From an uncultured Candidatus Saccharibacteria bacterium (GTDB lineage Bacteria; Patescibacteriota; Doudnabacteria; UBA920), in the NCBI GenBank assembly GCA_964561085.1, contig CAZLNP010000001.1:147201-211200 (forward strand): a stretch of DNA of 64,000 bases. The letters are read 5' to 3'. The notes below the pieces were generated by a model, which did not search any database, had not been told where the DNA came from, and worked only from the letters and a program-made list of their open reading frames with translations. This document shows, piece after piece, positions 10,140-18,518 of the stretch. Position 1 is the stretch's first letter. Each line of letters opens with the position of its first letter. The position numbers and the translations under genes are program-made.

Positions 10140-11111
10140 CTATTTTTTACGTTTGATTTCAAATGAGCGCACTAACCGACGAAGGATAAAGGCTACCACA
10201 ATAATTGCTGCCAAGAAACCTACTACTATTTTCCAAGGTAGCACCCAAAAAGAAATAGTCTTTACATCAACTTCGTCTGGTGACTCCCTGTAGCCGCGGT
10301 CGATTGTTGCTGTTGCAGTATAACGACCAAAGGCGAAGTCTGATTCCCAAGTAACTACAGCTGCGCGTAGAGAGTCGGGCAAACTAAAGAAAGGGGCTAC
10401 TTCAATATCTTTAACACTACGTCCGAGCATGTTCTTAATTTGAACTTTACCGCTTGGAGTTAAGTGGACACTACTGTTATTTTCGTAAAGTAATTCGAAA
10501 TTAAAGGGTCCTTTTTCATGGAAAGCTTTATCATTTTCCATACGGAAATCTGTAAGCAATGAAGACTCTTTTACCTTGCCTTCAACACGAACAAAATACA
10601 AAGCACCGATTCTAGAAATAGTTTTTGCTTTGTTATCTAGTTCAGCATCGTCATCTGAAGATGGTGCGCTAGAAACCAAAACTGAACCATAGTGACCGCC
10701 TGGCTCTGCTTCTGCTGGAATAGTCACTACTACATCCAAAACGGCACGCTGTTTTGGTTTAAGTTTAAACGAATCCTTCTCTGGCTTGATGTAATCCTTT
10801 AAAGAATATGGGCCTTTGTCATTTCCTAAAAGAACTACAGGATTCTTTAAATCTTTCGAGCCCGTGAAGTCTTCTACGCTAACCGTAAAAGTTTGTTCTC
10901 GGTCGGTTCTGTTAACAACAGATAAACTTCGAGTTGCTTTCTCCCCTCTCTTTAAAAAGAGTTCTGTCTTAGCAGGGCCAACTACGAAGTCGTCACGAAT
11001 TTCCGCGGAAGTGTCTGTAATAGTAATCGCATAAGCAGTTGGAGCTAATCCAAAAGTTAATATTGAAATACTTATTAATACAAACCAACGGTTGAGGTTG
11101 AATTTTTTCAT
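10140..11111 (-). CDS. Signal-peptide protein with C-terminal TM anchor and KRKK tail (about 323 aa). Architecture resembles the DUF916/DUF3324-type anchored partner of WxL (Csc) loci.
   Basis: The ORF track starts at 11132. The internal Met 'MKKFNLNRWFVLISISILTFGLAPTAYA' at 11111 gives a clean signal peptide. C-terminus 'VVGFLAAIIVVAFILRRLVRSFEIKRKK'. Flanked by the two WxL-like paralogs. Confidence 0.55.
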   Translation of the reverse strand: MKKFNLNRWFVLISISILTFGLAPTAYAITITDTSAEIRDDFVVGPAKTELFLKRGEKATRSLSVVNRTDREQTFTVSVEDFTGSKDLKNPVVLLGNDKGPYSLKDYIKPEKDSFKLKPKQRAVLDVVVTIPAEAEPGGHYGSVLVSSAPSSDDDAELDNKAKTISRIGALYFVRVEGKVKESSLLTDFRMENDKAFHEKGPFNFELLYENNSSVHLTPSGKVQIKNMLGRSVKDIEVAPFFSLPDSLRAAVVTWESDFAFGRYTATATIDRGYRESPDEVDVKTISFWVLPWKIVVGFLAAIIVVAFILRRLVRSFEIKRKK

Positions 11112-11185
11112 CTTAGTATCAGAATACCACACTTTATGAGTGTGGTATAGTGGAAAATTATATTTAGTCTGCTTTGTATCTCAAC

Positions 11186-11836
11186 TTATAAAGTAGTAGC
11201 TGTAGCAGTGATTGTTGCTGAGTAAGAACCAGCTACTGCGAAAGTTGTATCTTGTTCAGTTGCTACACACATGTTAGCTACTGTACCAGATGTAGTTGTT
11301 GGAGCTGCTGCTGTAGCGATTTGGTCAGCTGAGCCAGTCAAATCGAAGTCTCTCCATTTTAGACCAGCGCTTGGTACGTCTGCACCAGCGATACAATCAG
11401 CATCTGTGCCATATGTAGAAGTGTTAACATCTGTGCCGAATGCTGAGAAACCAAATTCTACATTAGACGCAGGAACTGACCATGTTTCAGGTGTTTCAGA
11501 TACTGTAGGAGTGTAGTCAACGATGTTACCACCGCCACCAGAACGGGACAGTGCAGGGGCACTTGAAGCATGAAGAGTCAAAGTATACCCGTCATCGTTG
11601 TTTGTGATTACAGTCCAAGCTGCGGTGCCTACTGCTGTATTTTGAGAAGTAGACAATGCAGTCATTGTAATGTCTGAAGGTGAGCTTAGAGAAATCTCTG
11701 AAGTTACCGATTGGTTTACTACTACGTCGTCTGTATCTGTAGCAGCACCTGTGATCCTTGGTTCTACAAACGCAAATAGTCCTGAAACCATAACAGCGCT
11801 AGCAACCAACAAAATAAAGTTATTCTTTAAGTTCAT
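11186..11836 (-). CDS. Secreted protein (216 aa), WxL-like. Paralog of the 9294-10097 gene.
   Basis: Signal peptide 'MNLKNNFILLVASAVMVSGLFAFVEP'. Motif 'GTAAWTVITNNDDGYTLTLHASSAPALSRS'. C-terminus '...YSATITATATTL'. Clear paralogy with the 267-aa protein. Confidence 0.55.
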   Translation of the reverse strand: MNLKNNFILLVASAVMVSGLFAFVEPRITGAATDTDDVVVNQSVTSEISLSSPSDITMTALSTSQNTAVGTAAWTVITNNDDGYTLTLHASSAPALSRSGGGGNIVDYTPTVSETPETWSVPASNVEFGFSAFGTDVNTSTYGTDADCIAGADVPSAGLKWRDFDLTGSADQIATAAAPTTTSGTVANMCVATEQDTTFAVAGSYSATITATATTL

Positions 11837-12028
11837 TGTCTTTTATTAATTATTTTAGTTTATTTTTGTATCAACTGCCCTATTTAAGTAAAGTTGGGCA
11901 ACGTTTTCTTAACTTGTAATGATATTATAGCATGGTTTTACTGTTTTGTAAAGCGCAAACATCTTAATTTAATTTCTTCTTCATATTATATGAAGAGATA
12001 TGCTATTATTTATATAGTAAAGTACTAC

Positions 12029-13039
12029 ATGGAAACAAAAAAACATCCTCACTTACCAGTATTTATATTATTGTCCTTAACCTTCATTGGATTCGTACTA
12101 TTTACTTCGTACTTTTCCTATCGCCAGAGGGCGGATGATTCTATTGTTAAAGTTGGGTTAAAATGGCTTCATAGCGCCCAATTTGCAGGTATGTACGTAG
12201 CCAAAGAACAGAAGATGTATGAGGATGGTGGTCTGACAGTGGAATTCAATGAACCAACTGAAGACAAGAGATCTACTATCGATTCACTTCTCTCTGGTGA
12301 GAATGACTACGTAATAGTATCTGCTCTAGAACTACTGGATCACGTTGCCCAGAACGACCCCGTAAAGGCTGTGGCGGTTATTTATCAGGAAACTCCTACA
12401 GTTATCGCCTCTTTACCAGAAAGTGGTATAAATAAGCCTGAGGATTTGCGTAATAAAGTCCTAGGGACTACCAGAAATGAAAATTACTCTTTTTCTTTGT
12501 ACAAATTCCTAGGAAATAAGTACAAAGTCCCAGTAAATAGCATGATTTTTAAAAATATAGGGTTCAATGCTATAGACGACTTAATTAACGGAGAAGTAGA
12601 TGCAGTCAGCATCTATCGCACCAAGCTATACTTACCAAAAGATTACCCAGAAACAAACTTTAGCTTAATAAAGCCCGAGGATTACGACATTCACATGTAT
12701 AGTGATGTAATTGTGACCACCAATGAACTAATAGAAAAAAGACCGGAACAAGTCCAGGCTTTTGTAAACGCTACAATAAAAGGATGGGAGTACGCGTTAG
12801 ATTACAGAGATGAGGCAATCGATATAACTATGCCATACACATCTGGCAGACAACGTGAAGAAGAATTTCAAAAGCAAATACTTACAGCTAGCGCTCCCCT
12901 AATTAGAACAGACGGAATTGAGCATGTTGGAGAGATGAGCACTGGGAGATGGCTTGAAATGTATTATTTATACAAAACAAGTGTACTAGTTTCTGAATTC
13001 GATATAGCAAAAGCGTACACAACAGAATTCCTCCCCTAG
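12029..13039 (+). CDS. NMT1/SsuA/TauA-like substrate-binding protein (ABC-type nitrate/sulfonate/bicarbonate family) with an N-terminal TM anchor. No cognate permease or ATPase is adjacent.
   Basis: The ORF track starts at 11894. The internal Met at 12029 (METKKHPHLPVFILLSLTFIGFVLF) gives a TM anchor. The body resembles periplasmic-binding fold type 2 NMT1/THI5-like proteins. Confidence 0.65.
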   Translation: METKKHPHLPVFILLSLTFIGFVLFTSYFSYRQRADDSIVKVGLKWLHSAQFAGMYVAKEQKMYEDGGLTVEFNEPTEDKRSTIDSLLSGENDYVIVSALELLDHVAQNDPVKAVAVIYQETPTVIASLPESGINKPEDLRNKVLGTTRNENYSFSLYKFLGNKYKVPVNSMIFKNIGFNAIDDLINGEVDAVSIYRTKLYLPKDYPETNFSLIKPEDYDIHMYSDVIVTTNELIEKRPEQVQAFVNATIKGWEYALDYRDEAIDITMPYTSGRQREEEFQKQILTASAPLIRTDGIEHVGEMSTGRWLEMYYLYKTSVLVSEFDIAKAYTTEFLP

Positions 13040-13042
13040 TGG

Positions 13043-13360
13043 CTAAGCTTCTTTATTCATTGTTTTGATTACTCGAAGTAGGTCTGCAAATGCAACTATT
13101 AGGAGCACTCCGACTAAGAACCCAAGACCTCTTACAACTACTGCCCAATTAGGATCCTGTTCCAATCCTAAAATTCCTAAGACCAATCTAAAAGGAATTA
13201 AAGCAATCGCTATTGTTATAATTTTTAAAAATCTATCAAGTCGTTTTTCAACTCGCCAAATACAATTCAATGCAAATACTATAACCACAATATAAATTGC
13301 AATGTTTGCAAATGATAAAAGTTTTTCAATCGTTTGTACTACCGTCAAAGAATTTTCCAT
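13043..13360 (-). CDS. Small hypothetical membrane protein (105 aa, about 3 TM helices).
   Basis: Hydrophobic helices in the translation. Tightly packed after the upstream gene (4-nt gap). Confidence 0.4.
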   Translation of the reverse strand: MENSLTVVQTIEKLLSFANIAIYIVVIVFALNCIWRVEKRLDRFLKIITIAIALIPFRLVLGILGLEQDPNWAVVVRGLGFLVGVLLIVAFADLLRVIKTMNKEA

Positions 13361-13363
13361 AAG

Positions 13364-14515
13364 TTATGCTGCTGATTTTTTAAATAAGTCTGCCTCGTTT
13401 AATTGCTTTATATTCTGAGATAATACAACTACCTTATTATACTCCATATAGGCCACTACAACCCCTAGAAATAGCATCCCCCCAAGAATTTGCATAATGA
13501 GCGTTCTATTTGAAAATGGGGAAGAAGTAGATGAGCCTGCAGCTACAGGTTCTTCGCTAGATACAATCTCGAAAGTATCTGTAGAGGTAGCGATTAAATC
13601 CTCAGAGGGAACTGCGACTGTTAATGTATATTCACCCAATGGTAGAGTTGTGGTGGTAAGGAATGATTTAGAGTACTCTAGAGCACCTTTAACTGCCATG
13701 GTTTCCGAATTTTCAGAAACAATATCTTCATCTTTGTTTGTAATAGTGTATTGTACTTCTACGTCGACAGCTTTATCGGGACTACTAAAGTTAATAAATT
13801 TAATATCTGCAACGATAGGATCACCAACTAATACTTCTTTGGACTCACTATTAATTACAGCTCTTACATCGAACAACGCTCCCCCGTTTCCAAGTTGTGG
13901 CGTGTTATTAAATTTAGGAGCTAATGGCTCTTCATTCTCTCCTAACACAATTTCAAACAAGAATGAGTCAGTGGCCAATACCTTACTCGACACACCTCTT
14001 GAAACTTTAGCAGTTAAGGTATAAGTTCCTGGTTTTAGCGGAACAGTTGATTCCCAGGTCCAGTTACCATTAGTGTCCGCTAATGATTTTCCCGTTACAT
14101 TGTTTACCCCAAAAAGGTTCAATGCTACATTCCCATCAGGAACATTAGTATGTCCTATAAATTTAGGAAATTGATTTCTAAAAACAAAGATTGCCTGGAC
14201 CTCTCCATCTTGTAAGATATATCTTTGCTGGATAGAGTCACCTGGGATTACTGTAATCTCTGGAGTTAAATCAGGAATAGAGGTTTCTTCATTTGAGGCC
14301 GTGCTTGCCCTGCTACTATTCGAGATCACTTTAACGTCTGGTTCGACTGGGTGGTCTGCCAACAAAATGGGACGATTAGAGTTTTCGGCACTCACTGAGG
14401 TCAAAGCAATTCCAAGTACCCAAGCAAAAAATGCCACTAAAATTACACTAGTGACAAAAGTGACTGCATGATAGCTCCGCCTAATATGGTGATGTGCTAA
14501 ACCTGTTTGTTTCAT
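13364..14515 (-). CDS. Hypothetical surface protein anchored at both ends (383 aa). N-terminal TM, beta-rich Ig-like middle, C-terminal TM.
   Basis: 'VTFVTSVILVAFFAWVLGIALTSVSA' near the N-terminus and 'IMQILGGMLFLGVVVAYMEY' near the C-terminus. Confidence 0.5.
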   Translation of the reverse strand: MKQTGLAHHHIRRSYHAVTFVTSVILVAFFAWVLGIALTSVSAENSNRPILLADHPVEPDVKVISNSSRASTASNEETSIPDLTPEITVIPGDSIQQRYILQDGEVQAIFVFRNQFPKFIGHTNVPDGNVALNLFGVNNVTGKSLADTNGNWTWESTVPLKPGTYTLTAKVSRGVSSKVLATDSFLFEIVLGENEEPLAPKFNNTPQLGNGGALFDVRAVINSESKEVLVGDPIVADIKFINFSSPDKAVDVEVQYTITNKDEDIVSENSETMAVKGALEYSKSFLTTTTLPLGEYTLTVAVPSEDLIATSTDTFEIVSSEEPVAAGSSTSSPFSNRTLIMQILGGMLFLGVVVAYMEYNKVVVLSQNIKQLNEADLFKKSAA

Positions 14516-14552
14516 TTCGAAAGTTTTACTACCAAATTATAGCATGAATTAA

Positions 14553-14580
14553 AAACACCCCCGAAATGGGGGTGTTTTTA
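14553..14580. terminator. Rho-independent terminator hairpin (ACACCCCC-GAAA-GGGGGTGT plus T-run), bidirectional, downstream of rpoC.
   Basis: Perfect 8-bp GC-rich stem with a T-run on the plus side and an A-run on the other. 27 nt below the rpoC stop. Confidence 0.7.
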
Positions 14581-14606
14581 ATATTTTCAGAGCACTGAAA
14601 GGCTAA

Positions 14607-17600
14607 TTATTGCAAAGGCAATGCTTGAGCCTTCAGATTTTCTTGAGCAATTTCTTCAGTAAATCCAGTTCCAGCAGGAATTAGTTTACCGATGATAACA
14701 TTTTCTTTTAGACCACGGAGGTAGTCAGTCTTACCGCTTACCGCAGCTTCGATAAGAACACGGGTAGTTTCTTGGAAACTCGCAGCAGCCAAGAAGCTTT
14801 CAGTAGAAAGAGAGATCTTAGTAATACCCATCAACAATTGTTCAGCTTGAGCTGGAGCACGACCTTCATTTTCAAGCATCTCATTCATTTCGGAGAACTT
14901 AGCTTTATCTACCATGTCGCCCATTGCCATGTCTGAATCACCAGCGTCTGTGATGCGCATCTTACTGAACATCTGACGAGCGATAATTTCAATGTGCTTG
15001 TCGTGAATTTGCTGACCTTGAGAAACGTAAATGTCTTGTACTTCTTTAACAAGATACTTTTGAGCTTCTACAATCCCCTGCAATTCTAGAACTTGGTTAG
15101 GGTTTAAGTTTCCTTCAGTTAATGGCTTTCCAGGATAAACTAAATCACCATCTTTAACTGTTAGAGAGAAGCCGCGGGGAATAATATATTCTGCTAGCTC
15201 ATCACCTTCGTGAATAAGTTTGATGTTGCCATCTTTTACAACAGCGATACCTGCGTTAGTAGATTTTACTAAAGCACCATCTTCACCTTCGTACAAAGCG
15301 TCACCGATACCAACATGAGTACCATCTTTGATTAACGCTTCACCGCCAGCTGGCAATGCCATCACTTGAGTTTCTACGTTAGCACCTTCAATGCGAACAA
15401 TTTGTTCACGAGTTGGAGAAATGCTAATAGAAACAGTTCCAGCAATTTCAGAAACTGCAGCCATACCTTTTGGCTCACGAGCTTCAAACAATTCTTCTAC
15501 ACGAGGCAAACCTTGAGTAATGTCACTTACAGACGCGGATCCACCAGTATGGAAGGTACGCATTGTAAGCTGTGTTCCCGGTTCACCAATCGCTTGAGCA
15601 GCCACGATGCCTACAGCAGCACCCTTCTTAACCATAGTGTTGAAACCAAGGTCGTATCCGTAACATAACTGACAAATACCACGAATCAACTTACACTTTA
15701 GAACTGAACGAGATTTAACTTCAGTGATTCCAGATGCAGCAATCTGATTAGCCTGCTGTTCATCAATACCTTGGTTTTTCTTAACAATTACTGTGCCATC
15801 TTCTAATTTTACATCTGCAGCAGCTACACGACCGAACAAACGGTTTTCAAAAGATTGGTTCATCAGTTCTGATTCCGCTAACGTAATAGCGTCGTAATCT
15901 TTAGTTCCACAATCTTCAGCGTTGATAACTACATCCTGAGCAACGTCTACCAAACGACGAGTTAAGTAACCCGCGTCAGCAGTACGAAGCGCTGTGTCAG
16001 ACATACCTTTTCGAGAACCATGAGTAGAGATGAAATATTCCAACACACCCAAACCTTCTTTAAAGGAACCACGGACAGGAAGTTCGATAGTACGACCACC
16101 AGGGTTTACCACCAAACCTTTAAGTCCAGACATCTGTGTAATCTGAGAGAAAGAACCACGAGCACCAGAAGATACAAAGTAGTTTACGCTAGAGTGTTCA
16201 GTAACTGTACCAACCACATCTTTCGCAATCTTTTCTGAAGCATCAGCCCAAATTTCTACAACGCGACCGTAACGTTCATCTTCTGTAAGAAGACCTTCAC
16301 GGTATTGTTCAGAGGTAGCTTGTACTTCTTCATCAGCCTTGCCTAGAATAACGTATTTAGTATCTGGTACACGAAGGTCATCCATACCCCATGACAAACC
16401 AGATTGTTTCATGTAAGTGAATCCAGTGCGCTTAATGTCATCGATCAATTCCGCAGTGCGGTCTGGACCAAATAAACGGTAAGCTTCGCGAACCAACGCC
16501 TGAAGCTTCTTTTTGTCGAAAGCTTCATTACGGTAACCCATTTCAGCTGGAACAATTTTGTTGAAGATTAAGCGACCAACAGTTGTTTCTACAAGTTCAG
16601 TATCTTCTTTAGATAGACGAACTTTAATTAGAGATTGAATGTGAACATGCTTGTTATTGTAAGCCAAGATTGCTTCAGCGCGATCGCTGAAAGTCTTGCC
16701 TTCACCTTTTAAGCCTTCACGAGTTTTTGTAATGTAGTAACAACCTACCACAGCATCTTTGTCGGGAGTCATCACTGGTTGACCAGATGCAGGCTTTAGC
16801 AAGTTGCGAGAAGAAACCATGATTTCCTTAGCTTCTTTCTGAGCAGCTTCTGTAAGTGGAACGTGAACAGCCATCTGGTCACCATCGAAGTCAGCGTTGA
16901 ACGCCGCACATACCATAGGGTGAAGTTGGATAGCTTTTCCTTCAATCAATACTGGCTGGAAAGCTTGGAAACCAAGTCTGTGCAATGTAGGAGCACGGTT
17001 TAATAGAACGTAGTGATCTTTAGTCACTTCTTCTAGAATATCCCATACTTCGTTGCGCGCTTGTTCTATTAAGCGGTTTGCGGAACGAACGTTGTGAGCG
17101 TATTCACGAGAAATAAGTTTAGAAATAACGAATGGTTTGAAAAGTTCCAAAGCCATAGCTTTAGGCAAACCACACTGGTGAAGCTTCAAGTTAGGACCTA
17201 CTACAATAACAGAACGTCCAGAGTAGTCTACACGCTTACCAAGCAAGTTCTGACGGAAACGTCCTTGCTTACCTTTAAGCATGTCTGCCAATGAACGAAG
17301 CTTACGCTTTTGTCCTGTTGATGCAGTCACTTCTTTACCATGACGTACTGAGTTGTCGATAAGCGCATCAACAGCTTCTTGCAACATACGTTTTTCGTTT
17401 CGAGTAATAACTTCAGGAGATTTGATTTCTAAAAGTTTCTTCAAACGGTTGTTACGGTTGATAACGCGGCGGTACAAATCGTTCAAGTCAGATGCCGCAA
17501 AACGACCACCATCAAGTTGCACCATTGGACGCAAGTCAGGTGGAATAACAGGAAGATGTGTAATCAACATCCATTCAGGACGAAGACCAGATTTAATTAG

Positions 17601-18488
17601 AGACTTAACTAACTTTAGGCGACGCATCATTTTCTTTGCGCTTTGACCTTCAGTAGTTTGTAATTGAGTTTCAATTGATTGAGCTAGCTCTTCAAGGTTC
17701 AATTCTTCTAACAAACCTTTAACAGCTTCAGCGCCAATTCCAGCTGTGAAAACTGGGCCGTACTTTAGAGAAAGATCACGGTAAGCAAGTTCAGAAATAA
17801 TTTGGTATTTCTTGATGCTCTTCAATTCAGAACGAGCTTGGTCACGGATTGCTTCCAAGTTAGAAACTTCAGCTTGCCAAAGATCTTTAATCTTTGTTGT
17901 TTCCAAATCGATCTTTGCGCCAACTACATCTGCATCACCCTTAAGTTCAGCTTGCATTGTAGTGCGAGTTTTTGAAAGCAAAGTTTCGTAGCGTTGTTCA
18001 ATCTCTTTCTTCTTGGTTTTGAATTCACCTTCGATTTGCTCTAGAGTACCTAGGCGAGCTTCTTCATCTACAGAAGTGATGATGTAAGCAGCAAAGTAAA
18101 CACAACGTTCAAGTTCTTGAACACCTAAGTCTAGGATTAAACCAAGACGGCTCGGTACAGAACGCAAGAACCAAATGTGCGCTACAGGAACAGCCAAAGT
18201 AATGTGACCCATACGTTCACGACGTACAGATGACTTAGTCACTTCAACACCACATTTATCACAAACAATATTTTTGTAGCGAATACGCTTGTATTTACCA
18301 CAGTAACATTCCCAGTCTTTAATTGGACCAAAAATCTTTTCGTCGAATAGACCATCTTTTTCCGGACGTTGAGTACGGTAGTTAATGGTTTCCGGTTTTG
18401 TCACTTCTCCGTAAGACCATTCCATAATAGTTTCTGGACTAGCCAGTTTGATCTTTACGCCTTTAAATTCTTCAGTTTGAGTTATCAT
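14607..18488 (-). CDS. rpoC: DNA-directed RNA polymerase subunit beta' (1,293 aa).
   Basis: NADFDGDQMAVHVPL catalytic motif, zinc-binding Cys cluster near the N-terminus, trigger-loop/bridge-helix regions. Directly follows rpoB. Confidence 0.97.
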   Translation of the reverse strand: MITQTEEFKGVKIKLASPETIMEWSYGEVTKPETINYRTQRPEKDGLFDEKIFGPIKDWECYCGKYKRIRYKNIVCDKCGVEVTKSSVRRERMGHITLAVPVAHIWFLRSVPSRLGLILDLGVQELERCVYFAAYIITSVDEEARLGTLEQIEGEFKTKKKEIEQRYETLLSKTRTTMQAELKGDADVVGAKIDLETTKIKDLWQAEVSNLEAIRDQARSELKSIKKYQIISELAYRDLSLKYGPVFTAGIGAEAVKGLLEELNLEELAQSIETQLQTTEGQSAKKMMRRLKLVKSLIKSGLRPEWMLITHLPVIPPDLRPMVQLDGGRFAASDLNDLYRRVINRNNRLKKLLEIKSPEVITRNEKRMLQEAVDALIDNSVRHGKEVTASTGQKRKLRSLADMLKGKQGRFRQNLLGKRVDYSGRSVIVVGPNLKLHQCGLPKAMALELFKPFVISKLISREYAHNVRSANRLIEQARNEVWDILEEVTKDHYVLLNRAPTLHRLGFQAFQPVLIEGKAIQLHPMVCAAFNADFDGDQMAVHVPLTEAAQKEAKEIMVSSRNLLKPASGQPVMTPDKDAVVGCYYITKTREGLKGEGKTFSDRAEAILAYNNKHVHIQSLIKVRLSKEDTELVETTVGRLIFNKIVPAEMGYRNEAFDKKKLQALVREAYRLFGPDRTAELIDDIKRTGFTYMKQSGLSWGMDDLRVPDTKYVILGKADEEVQATSEQYREGLLTEDERYGRVVEIWADASEKIAKDVVGTVTEHSSVNYFVSSGARGSFSQITQMSGLKGLVVNPGGRTIELPVRGSFKEGLGVLEYFISTHGSRKGMSDTALRTADAGYLTRRLVDVAQDVVINAEDCGTKDYDAITLAESELMNQSFENRLFGRVAAADVKLEDGTVIVKKNQGIDEQQANQIAASGITEVKSRSVLKCKLIRGICQLCYGYDLGFNTMVKKGAAVGIVAAQAIGEPGTQLTMRTFHTGGSASVSDITQGLPRVEELFEAREPKGMAAVSEIAGTVSISISPTREQIVRIEGANVETQVMALPAGGEALIKDGTHVGIGDALYEGEDGALVKSTNAGIAVVKDGNIKLIHEGDELAEYIIPRGFSLTVKDGDLVYPGKPLTEGNLNPNQVLELQGIVEAQKYLVKEVQDIYVSQGQQIHDKHIEIIARQMFSKMRITDAGDSDMAMGDMVDKAKFSEMNEMLENEGRAPAQAEQLLMGITKISLSTESFLAAASFQETTRVLIEAAVSGKTDYLRGLKENVIIGKLIPAGTGFTEEIAQENLKAQALPLQ

Positions 18489-18518
18489 AATTTTATCTAT
18501 ATATAATTGATACTAAAC

